Positions 25,303 to 39,084 of a stretch of 64,000 bases of DNA are shown here, one piece after another. Below the pieces are notes generated by a model that was not told where the DNA came from, made no database searches, and saw only the letters and a list, made by a program, of their open reading frames with translations. Origin of the DNA: Mytilus californianus. Taxonomy: Eukaryota. The position numbers and the translations under genes were made by a program. Positions within the stretch are counted from its first letter, which is position 1, and each line of letters starts with the position of its first letter. Where the stretch lies: assembly GCF_021869535.1 (NCBI RefSeq), contig NW_026262734.1, positions 100,254,001-100,318,000 on the forward strand, read 5' to 3'.

Positions 25303-25488
25303 GAGCACATGAGATCACCCCCAGTTTTTGTTGGGGGTTCGTGTTGCTTAATCTTCAGTTTTTTATGTTGTGTCTTTTGTACTATTATTTGTCTGTTTGT
25401 CCTTTTATTTTTTTAGCCATGGCGTTGTCAGTTTATTTTCGATCTATGAGTTTGACTATCCCTCTGGTATCTTTCGCCCCTCTTTTTT
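25303..25488 (+). mobile_element. Naiad-type family 1, extreme 3' end
   Basis: Reverse complement of 33231-33415. Confidence 0.8.
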
Positions 25489-25859
25489 AAGTAAACATCA
25501 ATAGAAAGTCAATTTAATGGGAAGATTGAAGAACACTTAATGCTATCTTAATGATATGTGTCGCTTTAAATAATAAATTATTATCTAATTTTACTGCGTT
25601 TTATAAGTAAAGAAAGGGCCGAAAGAGATACCTTTTATGGCTGATCTATCTCAAAATAAAATACATACAAAATTGAGAATAATTGTACAATATGTTCAAC
25701 ATACATGTATTTAATGCAAAGAATATTTTTATCAGATCTACATCGGGATGTCATCATTTATCATACTGTATAATAATATATAAGAGCAAAGTCCTTTAAA
25801 CCACCTTTTAATATTTTAAAGAATAATGATATTTACGTTAAGTCCAAAGGTGACTCAGG

Positions 25860-26260
25860 AACAGAAATATGGTCACTTTTGGTCTTTGAACCGACAGTAA
25901 AGTCCCTGTGAATGTAGGCCGGGCGTCCGTTTGGTCGTGTTGAATGAATAAATACGCAGCCACGTCTGGTCAGAAAGGAAATTTTTCATCCTTTGTCTCG
26001 TGAAGAGATAGAGTGCCAGGCTGTCTGCACGTTAAGAACCATTGAAAGAACTCCTTGAAGGGTCCGTATGTGGGCTGTTGCATGGCTAAATTTCAATTTC
26101 TCTACCCAATATTCAATATACCCTCATTTTCTAGTGTCATTTCAATTTCTCGACATTTATTTCGTTTAAAGACCTGCCGGTTGTATTCATTATTGATTTT
26201 TTATCATCATGAGCATGCATGAAATATTTGAAACTGAACGTAAAATAAACCACAATCAAT
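25860..26260 (+). mobile_element. Degenerate SINE body and tail
   Basis: GC-richer core (...GTCTCGTG...GCACGTTAAGAACC...) recalls Nin/Deu-type central domains. The 3' end GCATGAAATATTTG..ACTG.ACGT..CAATCAAT resembles mollusc SINE tails. Confidence 0.45.
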
Positions 26261-26394
26261 AAATGTATTACTACTCTTAATATCAGTGTAAAAGTTAGAT
26301 ATTTTTCTTCTGCTAGTGATGTGGGGGTATATGTTGAATAATATAGCAATGAGTAACCGATAAAGTAAATCTTGGTACAACGAAAAAAGATAAA

Positions 26395-29353
26395 GCAAAT
26401 TAACAGTAATGATATAAAGGTTCCTCTATGAAAATATATGTAATGAAAAAAAGTGATAATTGTATGTATTTATACAAATTATAAAATACATTAACACCAT
26501 GTTTGCATTGGAAGTATAAGGATTCCCTACATTTATCATGATAATCATGATCACTATAAACGTATTCAAATATCAGAATGACTGCCCTCCCCTTTTAACC
26601 ATCGTAAATTACTGGAATATATCGTTTTGCTTTTATTATAAATCATTGTGCAAATTATATTTATTGTATGATTATTTTCTTTTAGTGGTGTTCAAACAAT
26701 AATATTTTAAGGAAAAATATAACCTAACAGTTTTATCTTTTAATAGAATATAAGTTAATTTCCTGCTATATGTTCATTTCACTTGTTTTTTAACTTTACA
26801 AGATTAAAAAAATATTATTTTCCAAATTAATTTATGTAAATTCTTATTGTGAACTATAAAAAAAGACAAAACTGTCAACAGTGTACGTATTCCAAATTTT
26901 ACAAACCATTTAAATTATACTTTCTTGCAATCTTACATAATTAATTTCTAGCTGTTATTTATCTTAATTTAAATAAAAAAGTAACATGGCATTATTTTTT
27001 TTTCAATTTAAAATCGGTTAATGTATAAAGGGAAGCAATTTTACCTGTTTTACATAGGGGCAAAATTGGCAGGTAAATGGTGCAAAATCAGCAGGTGCCG
27101 TATCAGCAGATGAGTGATCTAGACCCGTCTCTTTTGTTGTCTGACTTTCTGTCCGCCAACGTACGTTTGTCAGGTCAAGTTTTTTAAACACCAAAACATT
27201 TATTTTTTTTTTTGTTCTTTTAATAATATTTTATTAATCATAGATCTACATTTAACAATTTAATAATTTTGTCAGTAAAAATTCGCAGATATGTTTAAAA
27301 AGGACAAGACTAAGTGTGTTATCTTTAAAATCAAAGGTCACTGAAGTTCCAGGGCAGTGTTCTGTTGGTTACATGTAATTCTCTCTACAATTGATCGTTC
27401 TCCATTCACCGACCCCATGTAAAGCGATATTCGTTGTGACTGAAAGCCCAAAGTCAACTTATGAAATAAATCGTATAATTTCCCAAATCCTATTTTGTCG
27501 ATACTACAATTCAGTGTCATGTCTTATTTTGGAGGAACTTTTATTCAGATCTTATCTTTTTCCTATATTTGTAATCAGTGTATATACTATATCTAGTAGT
27601 ACTTTGCATACACTAATAAAAGTGCGACTTTTCAGGGCTGCACATGGCCCAGTGGCATTTCATTGAAATCGGCTTTCTGATACCAACAATATCATGAATA
27701 TACAGAACTATTACTGCCGTTCAAAAAGTGGTTCATCTGACACATTATCTTTCACTTTTCTATCACTGATTAATGATCTATAATTATATTTAAATCATTG
27801 TGATATCTAATAAAATCAAACAGATTTATTTATGTGTAAAATAAATTCGTGGTGTACAGATAACGCAAATTAACAGTAATGATATAAAGGTTCCTCTATG
27901 AAAATATATGTAATGAAAAAAAGTGATAATTGTATGTATTTATACAAATTATAAAATATATTTACACCATGATTGCATTGGAAGTATAAGGATTCCCTAC
28001 ATTTATCATAATAATCATGATCACTATAAACGTATTCAAATATCAGAATGACTGCCCTCCCCCTTTTAACCATCGTAAATTACTGGAATATATCGTTTTG
28101 CTTTAACTACAAATCATTGTGCAAATAATATTTATTGTATGATTATCTTCTTTTAGTGGTGTTCAAACAATAATATTTTAAGGAAAAATATAACCTAACA
28201 GTTTTATCTTTTAATGGAATATAAGTTAATTTCCTGCTATAAGTTCAAATAATTTCATTTCACTTATTTTTTAACTTAACAAGATTAAAAAATATTGTTT
28301 TCCAAATTAATTTATGTAAATTCTTATTGTGAACTATAAAAAAAGACAAAACTGTCAACAGTGTACGTATTCCAAATTTTACAAACCATTTAAATTATTC
28401 TTTCTTGCAATCTTACATAATTTAATTTCTAGCTGTTATTTATCTTAATTTAAATAAAAAAGTAACATGGCATTATTTTTTTTTTCAATTTAAAATCGGT
28501 TAATGTATAAAGGGAAGCAATTTTACCTGTTTTACATAGGGGCAAAATTGGCAGGTAAATGGTGCAAAATCAGCAGGTGCCGTATCAGCAGATGAGTGAT
28601 CTAGACCCGTCTCTTTTGTTGTCTGACTTTCTGTCCGCCAACGTACGTTTGTCAGGTCAAGTTTTTCAAACACCAAAACATTTATTTTTTTTTTTGTTCT
28701 TTTAATAATATTTTATTTATCATAGATCTTCATTTAACAATTTAATAATTTTGTCAGTAAAAATTCGCAGATATGTTTAAAAAGGACAAGACTAAGTGTG
28801 TTATCTGTTGATAAAATCAAAGGTCACTGAAGTTCCAGGGCAGTGTTCTGTTGGTTACATGTAATTCTCTCTACAATTGATCGTTCTCCATTCACCGACC
28901 CCATGTAAAGCGATATTCGTTGTTACTGAAAGCCCAAAGTCAACTTATGAAATAAATTGTATAATTTCCCAAATCCTGTTTTGTCGATACTACAATTCAG
29001 TGTCATGTCTTATTTTGGAGGAACTTTTATTCAGATCTTATCTTTTTCCTATATTTGTAATCAGTGTATATACTATATCTAGTAGTACTTTGCATACACT
29101 AATAAAAGTGCGACTTTTCAGGGCTGCACCTGGCCCAGTGGCATTTCATTGAAATCAGCTTTCTGATACCAACAATATCATGCATATACAGAACTATTAC
29201 TGCCGTTCAAAAAGTGGTGCATCTGACACATTATCTTTCACTTTTCTATCACTGATTAATGATCTACAATTATATTTAAATCATTGTGATAACTTATATA
29301 AAATCAAACAGATTTATTTATGTGTAAAATACATTCGTGGTGTACAGATAACG
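26395..29353. repeat. Two-copy tandem duplication (1470 and 1489 bp units)
   Basis: GCAAATTAACAGTAATGATATAAAGG starts at 26395 and 27865. The copies are highly similar along their whole length. Confidence 0.95.
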
Positions 29354-29372
29354 ATAGGAAGAGAATTCAATA

Positions 29373-29580
29373 CTGTGGATTCATTTATTTTTGTAAGTAC
29401 CAATTTTCGTGGATTGAGGAAAACTTGCATATTCGTTGATATCTAATTTCGTGATTTTGGCAATGTCTGAATACATTCCTTTAGAATATTTGTAATTCGT
29501 TGAATATTTAAATTCTAGGTTCGACTGTACCCACGAAATCCACGAAAATTAGTATCCAACGAATAATAATGAATCCACAG
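29373..29580. mobile_element. Tc1/mariner-type MITE, 208 bp
   Basis: TIR CTGTGGATTCATT / AATGAATCCACAG with TA on both flanks. Confidence 0.8.
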
Positions 29581-30039
29581 TATCTTAATATGTATTTTTA
29601 AAATTATGCTCCTGTTTTTTATGAGAAATTTTCATATATTAGTATCTCGTCAATATTCTTCCTCTCTTAGAGCATCATGATCATATAGTGCAATTTTTAG
29701 ATGGGGAAAACATTCCATTCTTTAGGCACAACTTGATCTGTTATGTTTAAGTTTGTTTTTATGTTGTGCTTTTATAAATCTTTCCAGGGTTAAGGGAGTG
29801 TTGATAATTCGCAGAGAAGTGTAACCCTGTAACATTCTCAATGTGACTGTGCCAACGGAGAAGCTTATCTGTATAAACTGAGGAATTGTCGTTAGACGCT
29901 ATATTTTGTCTTTTGTTTATCGGTTTTAGAATAATTCCGGCCGTTCGTTTTCTCTTTTGACTTTTTCCATTTTGTCATGCCGGTGTTGTTTATAACTTAC
30001 TTTACAGAACTTAATGTTTCTCTAATTTTTGTGCTATTT

Positions 30040-30430
30040 TCACATTTCTTGATCGGTGTGAGAAAAATATTTCTCCTCACTAGTGAAATATCTGTTCTCG
30101 GCAAATTATTGGTCGAAATTTAATTATGACGTCAAATTTTCTTGGTTTCTTCTGAATTTCCTATTGTGACGTCATGAAAAAAGGCGACCATGATTGATGA
30201 CGTCACATATAAAGAACACAACTTTCTGCAAATCTTTGAAAAGGAAGAATAAAAATCATTAGAGAAACAGATTCCACCACTATAACTCGTGTATTACGAT
30301 ATTTCTTGACTCTCAAAAGTTAAATATTAATTATTTAAAAAGCTCGGCAAGCCTCGCGCTTTAAATATGAAAATTTAACTGACTCGAGTGGAGAAATATC
30401 GTAACACACTTGTTGCAGTGGTGAAATCTA
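30040..30430. mobile_element. Non-autonomous element with an internal ~45-bp inverted repeat (possibly Crypton-like)
   Basis: Arms at about 30270-30316 and 30386-30430 enclose GCTCGGCAAGCCTCGC. The superfamily assignment is from recollection of such elements only. Confidence 0.4.
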
Positions 30431-31869
30431 TATTTTGCTCATCCATGCTTCCGAAGCCCTTTGATTGGATTACCTTCATCAGGAACGCTCAAACCAAAAC
30501 ATTTGAAATGTGTTTTAAATAAAAACAACTACAGACATAAACATGATAAAAAGTAAAATAAAAAAATAACGAACTTTGAGAAAACTTCAAAACGGAAAGT
30601 CCATAATCAAATGGCAAAATCTAAAGCTCAAACACATCAACCGAATGGATAACAACTGTCATATTCCTGACTTGGTGCGTACAGGCATATTTCTTTTGTA
30701 AAAAATGGTGTATTGAACCTGGTTTTATAGCTAGATAAACTTCTCACTTGTATAACAGTCGCATAAAATTACATAATATTGACAACGATGTATTAACAAA
30801 ACAAACAGACATAAAAGGTAAAAATGTCATAATTTACCCTTTTAAGTCAATTCATATTTTCTAAATTGAAACTATAATTGAAATACCTAAACACTTTCTT
30901 AATTTAGAAATTCTTAGGGTTATCTCGATTCTTGGATTCCTTTCCTTGATGGTCATATTCCGTTGATCTACTCGAGTGTATTTTGTATATTGATTTGACA
31001 AGACATGCTAGTGTTTGCAATGTAATCTTAGTTTCCATAAATTGCAATAGCAGGAATACTTTACTAGATTTTATCACAAATGTAGTTTGATCACAAAAGA
31101 ATATATTCATGTATGATTCTATCTACAGGAGTTTAACATAAAGTTACTTTTTTTGCACCTAGTTTTTAATGGTTATATAATTCATAAAGTCGAGGGATTG
31201 TTATTTCAATACTTTTTTAATGTTCTTATTCAGTAGGCTTTGGCTTTTCACAATAGCAATTGCTCAAATAGTTTACCAAAATGCAGTTTGCATTGTTCTC
31301 CCACAAACTAATCAACTGGTCAAATATTTTGACAAATTGCTTCAAACTTCAGATAGTTGGTGTCCTTGCCAAGAAATTCAAACAAAATAATGCCTTAGAA
31401 TAATAAGAGTCCCTGTTTTAAAAAGGTCTAACTTGTACATGAAAACTTCTATCCTAATTATTTTATAAATCATTAGTTCAAACATTGATTTATATGTCAA
31501 TTATATATAATTTTGTATTCTAAGAGGAAATTATTGTGCAAGTGTGATTTGGATAATAATTTCTATAAGAATTACTACTTATTTGCTGGCATTTTATCGA
31601 AGATACCAAACTTATGATTTTGTATGGAACGCCGTAACTGTCTTATAGTGTAAATATTTAATGTGTTTTGTCGCTTTGCCTTTACGTCCTGTTATTTCTT
31701 CTTTATGTTATGTGTTAGTGCCTTTATTTCCTGACACTGCATATCTGTGTTATGTCAAATAAATTATTTGTTTGGTCAAACAATTGTATGATATGATTCT
31801 GCTAATCTTTGTTGTGTGCACTAGGCTGTACATTATGTTATACTACTATGTATTCTGTGAACAATTGAT

Positions 31870-32505
31870 ACTCTCTGTTAACATTCATTACGTCATGTGC
31901 AAATGCCTATTACATTATGTGTGAACACCGATTATATTATGTGCAATAGTCTATTAAGTTATGTGCAAATGCCTATTACATTATATACAAATACCCATTA
32001 CATTATGTGCAAACACCTATTACGTTATGTGCAATAGCCTATTACATAATGTGCTTACGGCTATTACGTTATGTGCAAACACCAATTACGTTATGTGCAA
32101 ATGCCTATTACATTATATACAAATACCCATTACATTATGTGCAAACACCTATTACGTTATGTATAAACACCTATAACAGTATGTGCTAACACCTACTATG
32201 TTATGTGCAAATGCCTATTACATTATGTGCAAACACCTATTACGTTATGTGGAAATGCCTATTACATTATGATCAAACATATATTACGTTATGTGCAAAC
32301 ACCTATTACGTTATGTACAAATACCTACTACATTAATAGCAAACACCTATTACGTTATGTGCAAACACCTATTACATTAATGACAAACACCTATTACGTT
32401 ATGTACGAACACCTATTACATTAATGACAAACACCTATTACGTTATGTACAAACACCTATTACGTTATGTACAAACACCTATCACGTTAATGACAAACGC
32501 CTATT
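31870..32505. repeat. 22-bp tandem minisatellite (CCTATTACGTTATGTGCAAACA)
   Basis: CCTAT recurs at 32236 and 32258, etc. Short related arrays occur at about 35395-35425 and, inverted, at 39425-39510. Confidence 0.95.
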
Positions 32506-33230
32506 ATTGCTTCGCATCACGGTGCGGAGCTATTAGTTTCAGTCAATATACACGCCATCTTGAAATAATTACTTATCACATAAAGATTCTGATTGGTTGC
32601 TTTATGATTCGGCTGAGATACAGCAACAGCTATTGGCTAAAATGAGATAAAGAATTACAGACTTTTCTCGTCTCAGGATAAGACATCAAATGCCGGAAAA
32701 TTAACTATGTGTATTTCAGTTCCGATCAAGTGTAATTAATTCATGTTCGTTTTATTATGCATATATTGTACACTGAAATTCAATATTGAAATATCAATTT
32801 TTTAACACCTGTTTATTTGCCTTGTTAATCTGTAATATGAACGATTTGTTTAGCTAAACAATGTTCCTATACAATGTTTAAAAAAATGCTTTATCTGTAT
32901 TTTATAACTTCTGCCAATCTGGGCACACCTACAGAGAGGCACACCTCGAGAGTCGTGTTTTGTGAATGTTTTAAATTTCAACAAGTAAATCGATTTTTGT
33001 TTTTAAAAGCATCGGTGTATAACGTACAACACTGAACAGCCAGTTCAAAATTTTAGAAAAGTTCATCTAAATATATATACAAAAATTGATATTCCAAGTC
33101 TAAGACATCCATTTTATATCAATCAATATCTAAAAATACCACATTTCCAATACTAAATCAACAACCACGTGCACACGTATTAACTTAAATTAGGATAGAG
33201 CGAAGCAGTCCACAGCTTTTTAAAAAGCTC

Positions 33231-35367
33231 AAAGAGGGACGAAAGATACCAGAGGGATAGTCAAACTCATAGATCGAAAACAAACTGACAACGCCATGGC
33301 CACAAATAAAAAGACAAACAGACAAATAATAGCACACATGACACAACATAGAAAACTAAAGACTAAGCAACACGAACTCCACCAAAAACTGGGGGTGATC
33401 TCAGGTGCTCCGGAAGGGTAAGCAGATCCTGCTCCACATGTGGCACCCGTCGTGCTGCTTATGTTATTACAAATCCGGTAAATAGTCTAATTCGGTAGGT
33501 CACATTCGTGAAAAGGGAAGGGTATTGTAGTTACGACATAAGGAACCTATTTGATACCATCTGTGAAACGGTTATTCCATAACGGTCAACCAACTCGTGA
33601 TGGCGTCCGTAAAATTTACGAAGGGATGATTTCAACTTCACAATTTGGAACTCTTGGTTTAATAGCTTCCTTGTGAGCAGCAATCCTCTATCAAGGAAAT
33701 CATGATAGGAAATACAAGCCAGGGAATATCGTATCAATTGAGAGATATATACTCCGTTTGCAGGCGCTGCTGGAATGTTGCTACATAGAAATGGAAAGTT
33801 CACTATTGGGAAGCTGAAATCATCTCTTTTGTCGTAAAGTTTTGTTTTCAACCGACCCTCATTGTCAATTTCTTGATGTTAGTCAAGATACGAGGCAGAC
33901 TTAACTGTATCTGTAGTATCCTTTATCTCTAGTTCGATGGGATAGATTCGTTCAACATAGTCACCAAATTTTGTGTTATTTAGTGAGAGAACATCATCTA
34001 TATAGCGGAACGTAAAGTTAAAGGATATTTCTAACTTCTTACTTTTCTTCCTAAGAAGTTCCTGTATGAAGTCAGCCTCATAATAATAAAGAAATAAGTC
34101 GGCAAGAAGAGGGGCACAATTGGTTCCCATTGGAATTCCGACAGTCTGTTGATAAACACGTCCTCCAAACGTAACAAATATGTTGTCAATCAAGAAATCA
34201 AGCATCTTGATAATGTCAGTTTCAGAGAATTTTTTGTTTGAATCAGAGTGATTCTTTACAAAGTAGGATTTATCCCTCCCCAAGACAAGATACTTGTATT
34301 TACGTTCGCCATTCTTTTTAATGAAACAAAGTAATACCAACTCTTTCAATTTGTCTTTTAGTTTGGAATGGGGAATACTTGTGTAAAGTGTAGAAAAGTC
34401 AAATGTTTTAATACTATTGCAAGATGAGAGAGTCTTAGATTGTATTTACTCTAAAAGATCTTTGGAATTTTTTAGTATCCACATCTGAATAGGCAGTTTC
34501 ACAATAACTTTGGAGCCCGGCTTTGATTGCTGATAAAATAGATGTTAATAATTAAGAAAGAGGTTTCGTGGAGCACTTGGAAGACCCAGCAATATACCTT
34601 TGTTTGTAAGGACAGGACACTTATGTAGTTTAGGTATCCAATACAGTGATGGAAGATCCAGTTCTTCATCGTTGGTTGAAATTCCAAAGGAACATAGAAC
34701 AGACCTATGATTATCCAGGATTTCCTCTTTGGTAAGTGTTGTGAGGGTATATGTTGAGTTTCCAAGTGAATTGTCAATACCTAATTCATTTATCAAGCAG
34801 TTTATGTAATGATATTTACACACAAAAATGATGTTGTTTGCGGGGACAACAACATATTTGTCATGGAGGTAGGACAAGTGTTTTGCAACATTTGGGTCTT
34901 TAAAAATGACGTAGCGTGGGTATTGATAGACCCATTAAGTTTCTTAATTCGGATTTTTATCAACGATCTCACAGCCTTAATCCATCCGGAAAGAGTATCT
35001 ATGTCTTCTTTCTCGCGTTTAGCCCATTGCCTGGCATAATCCTCGACTGAATCCATCAGTATTTTGAAGTTGTATTTCCAATTGATGGATTTAGGCTCAC
35101 AATATTTTGGACCTTTGGATAACAAATTTCGCAGGGAAGTGTTATTGACAATGTTGAGGTCTCCGGTAATAACGTGGCCAGCCGGATTATATGTGAATTG
35201 GAAACTAGCACAGGTGCAATCAGGAGGTTTAGACTTGAAGTCGTCAATTTTGAGATCCTGCAAAACGTGTTTGCAATTGAAAATTTAAGTTGCAATTGGT
35301 TTGGTAGTTATAAGAAATTATTGGTACATACTGATCTTTAAAATAAGGAGGTATTTTCGACTGAACT
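33231..35367 (-). mobile_element. 5'-truncated, frameshifted Naiad-type Penelope-like retroelement (CxC linker plus RT)
   Basis: PPDCTC...GHVITGDL...LSKGPKY, LYWIPKLHK, DFSTLYT region, QQTVGIPMGTNCAP, FRYIDD and TKLYDKRDDF. The ORF ends after the RT thumb with no C-terminal GIY-YIG domain. Confidence 0.92.
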
Positions 35368-36419
35368 AAGTTATGATGTAATGTTTGTCAAACTTGTGTT
35401 ATGTGCAAACACATATTACGTACTGGTAAACGCTTTTTTGACACAGATTAAAACAAAACGCATCAATGATATTGAAAATTTTAAAAAATCACAAGTTTAG
35501 CCGAAATTGGCCACACAATATGTTTTTGGGTCGGAACTATATGACAAAAAACTGTAGGTGACGAATATTTATTGCACAACACTGTAAACGAGCATGTGCT
35601 ACTCTGTCTGTAAATATGTTTGTTTTGTTTATTTTATGAGAGTTTTTATATTACTTCATATTCATTCAGTAAAGTTGCAATGAAAACAGAAACTCGAAGA
35701 AATTTATCGAATTCAAGGTTATATAAAAAGAAGATGTGGAATGATTGCCAATGAGACAAATATCCATCAAAGTTCAAAGTACTAATGTAAGTAGTTATAG
35801 GCAACAGTATGGTCTTCAACAATGAAAAAAACCCATACCGTTTATAGTCGGCTATACAAGACCCCGATGTTTATTTTAGTATATTAGACACCAAAACATA
35901 AACACGACAACAAATAGTTTATTGTCTGAACATAAAGAATTTCATTTACATGTACCAAGCTATCGGGTGCCCTCCCTGGCAAAAGAGAACGTAAAAACAG
36001 AGAAATTATTTCAACATGTTTGTTTGTTTGGTTGTAGCACAAGTACGTTTGTCAACTCTAAAGAGAACAGTAAATAAAAATAAACTATTGGCGACGAGTT
36101 AATTCATAGAATTCTAATTGGTCCCCTCTGGTTGATATTAAATTGTAGTTCTTCTTCATCTTCTAGTGGCAAAACCAAAATATCCTGGAGTTGGAATAGA
36201 TTGGATGCCGGCCATCTTCCAGATCCCGAACTCTAGCTTTATGACGTATTGTTTACTATTACGTAACGTCAAAATTCCGTTGGCCTTTGGGCCTCACGGT
36301 GGCACTCAGAGGTAGTGTTTTTGAATAGGCCGGATAGGCCGTATGGCAGAGAAAAGGTTAAACACCAGAACGTTTCACATCTTTTAGCGCTAATACATGT
36401 ATGTCCTAAATGACATCAA

Positions 36420-37169
36420 TAAAAGAGGGGCGAAAGATACCAGAGGGACAGTCAAACTCATAGATCGAAAATAAACTGACAACGCCATGGCTAAAAATGA
36501 AAAAGACAAACAGACAAATAATAGTACACATGACACAACATAGAAAACTAAAGACTAATCAACACGAACCCCACCAAAAACTGGGGGTGATCTCAGGTGT
36601 TCCGGAAGGGTAAGCAGATCCTGCTCCACATGTGGCACCCGTCGTGTTGCTCATGTTATTACAAACCCGGTAAATAGACTAATTTGGTAGGTCACATTCA
36701 TGAAAAGGGAAGGGGATTGTAGTTACGACGTAAGGAACATATCCGATATCATCTGTGCATCGGTTATTCCATAACGGTCAACCAACTCGTGATGGCGTCC
36801 GTAAAATTTACGAAGGGATGATTTCAACTTCACCATTTGGAACTCTTGGTTTAATAGCTTCCTTGTGAGCAGCAACCCTCTATCAAGGAAATCATGATAG
36901 GAAATATAAGCACGGGAATCTCGTATCAATTGGGAGATATATGCTCCGTATGCAGGCGCTGCTGAAATGTTGCTACTTAGAAATGGAAAGTTCACAATTG
37001 GGAAGCTGAAATCATCTCTTTTGTCGTAAAGTTTTGTTTTCAACCGACTCTCATTGTCAATTTGTTTATGTAAGTCAAGATATGAGGCCGACTTAACTGT
37101 ATCTGTTGTATCCTTTATCTTCGTTAGTGAGAGAACATCATCTATATATCGGAAAGTAAAGTTAAAGGC
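36420..37169 (-). mobile_element. Second Naiad-type family 1 fragment (RT C-terminus plus 3' UTR, internal ~50-bp deletion)
   Basis: ORF 36723-37043 is nearly the same as 33531-33851. Confidence 0.88.
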
Positions 37170-37199
37170 TCTTTTTGGGAAAAAAAATGGTTGATCATA

Positions 37200-38552
37200 T
37201 AGGGAATCACTGAAGGTTGATTATATAGGGAATCGGAAATTGTTGAAGAATTGTTAATTAATACGGATCAAGGAAACTACTCTGGAGTTGTATTCTTAGA
37301 TTTAAAAAAAAAGCGTTTGATATTGTAAATCACTCAATTCAATTATCAAAATTAAAACTGTTTAAGTTTGATTCTATTTCTTTTGAATGATTCAAATCAT
37401 ATATATCAAACAGGTCTCAAAAAGTAAAAATAAATAACAACATATCTTCAGGAAAGTAACATTTGGTGTACCGCAGGGCAATATTCTAGGACCTTTATTA
37501 TTTCTTTTATATATTAATGATCTCCCACTACAACTTAATCATACAAAGCCTGATTTGTATGCTGACGACACAACTCTTAAATACTCTTCAAATTCCTTTG
37601 ATGATATATGTGATAAACTTAATGACGAAATAGCAACTTTTAAAATATGGTGTGAAAATAATGATATGATTCTTAATATTAAAAAATCCAAATCTGATTG
37701 TCTTTCATGGAATCCACAAATAAACAAAGTATGTAATGTAATTTCAACTAGACTATGTTTACTAAATCGGTTGAAGCATTATATTCCGCAAAAAAGTTTA
37801 TGTTTATTTTATAATGGATATGTACTTCCTCTCTTTGATTGTTGCTGTACAATATGGACAGAAACAAGTAATCTAAATATGAAAAAAATGTTAGAATTAC
37901 AAAAAAGGGCAGCCAGAATCATTCTTAACAAAGCATATGACACACCGTCAAAAACTTTATTCAAACAATTAGGATGGTTAACTTTTCAAAAAAGAATCAT
38001 ATATATCACAAAAGAGTATTTATTTAATGTATAAGTGTGTAAATAGTATTGCACCTGATTATCTTTGTCAATTATTGAACAATAACCAAAATGTTAATGC
38101 AAGATATTCTTTGCGTTCATCGGACAATAATTGTCTTTTCATATCACGTCCGATAACAAATTCTATGAAAAAGACATTTCAATATTCCGGTACTGTTCTT
38201 TGAAACAAAACTGTATTCCTGTAGAAATCAAAAAGATAGAAAAGATAGAACAGTTCAAACAAAGGTTTTATAATATATTGTTTCTAAACTGAAAATGTAA
38301 TTATTATGAAATTTATCTATATTCTAAAAAATCCAAATATTTGTCTTGAAAATCATTAACAAAATATGTTCATGAAACGATTCTGTGTGTTTTTCTCCAT
38401 TTGTTTTGCATAAAAAGCTGTATGTATGTATGTATATTTATATGTTACATTATTGTTATATTTTGAGTTATTCAGAGGGCATCAGGGGAGATTAGTATTG
38501 TACTAACTAAGTTTACCCTCTTTAAATAAAGTATTTATATTATTTTTATTTT
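37200..38552 (+). mobile_element. 5'-truncated L2/CR1-group LINE (RT domain to 3' tail)
   Basis: VFLDLKKAFDIVNH, GVPQG.ILGPLLFLLYINDLP, LYADDTT and LQKRAARIIL, with frameshifts. The 3' end is ACCCTCTTTAAATAAAGT plus an AT-rich tail. Confidence 0.88.
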
Positions 38553-39084
38553 ATGCATGACTGCAACCCGAGGCCGTTTCAAATACAAGTTTACTAATAA
38601 TCTGTAATCCATCAACATGTTTATACCGCAGGAATTATACATGTACTTATACGCGTTAGCACTGTCTTTATGTAACGTCATATTCTAATAATTTTGGCGG
38701 GAAGAGGCTCATGAGGGCATATAAGGAATATCCAAAATGGCAAATACCACGGCATAGAGGGGAATTTGAGACAAATTCACCGGCAGTGGTGAAAAACATG
38801 CAAATTCGATTGAAACGAGAAAAAGGTTAGAATATGCGAAAAATACACTGGCTACCAACCAATCAAAATCCGGCATTCTCATATAAGGTATAATTAATAA
38901 AAAAAAAAATGGACACGTTTAGGCGTTTATACAAATGACAAGCTTTGGTGCACTTTTACATTAGGACATGTTTTGCAATTCAGTAACGTCATGTGGACAC
39001 GTTTGGAGGTATCGGACACGTTTGGGTGGAAGGACACGGTCCTGAGTGTTGCATATATATTTCATAATTTTTTGCCAGTCTAGG

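Noticed and set aside
31961-32645. Cys/Tyr-periodic ORFs resembling structural or metal-binding proteins
   Set aside because: By-products of the 22-bp minisatellite.
33231-35367. Possible selenocysteine (TGA) recoding, as reported for some bivalve Naiads
   Set aside because: The premature stop I could place confidently (33879-33881) is TAA replacing a Leu codon, and the other breaks are frameshifts. There is no support in this copy.
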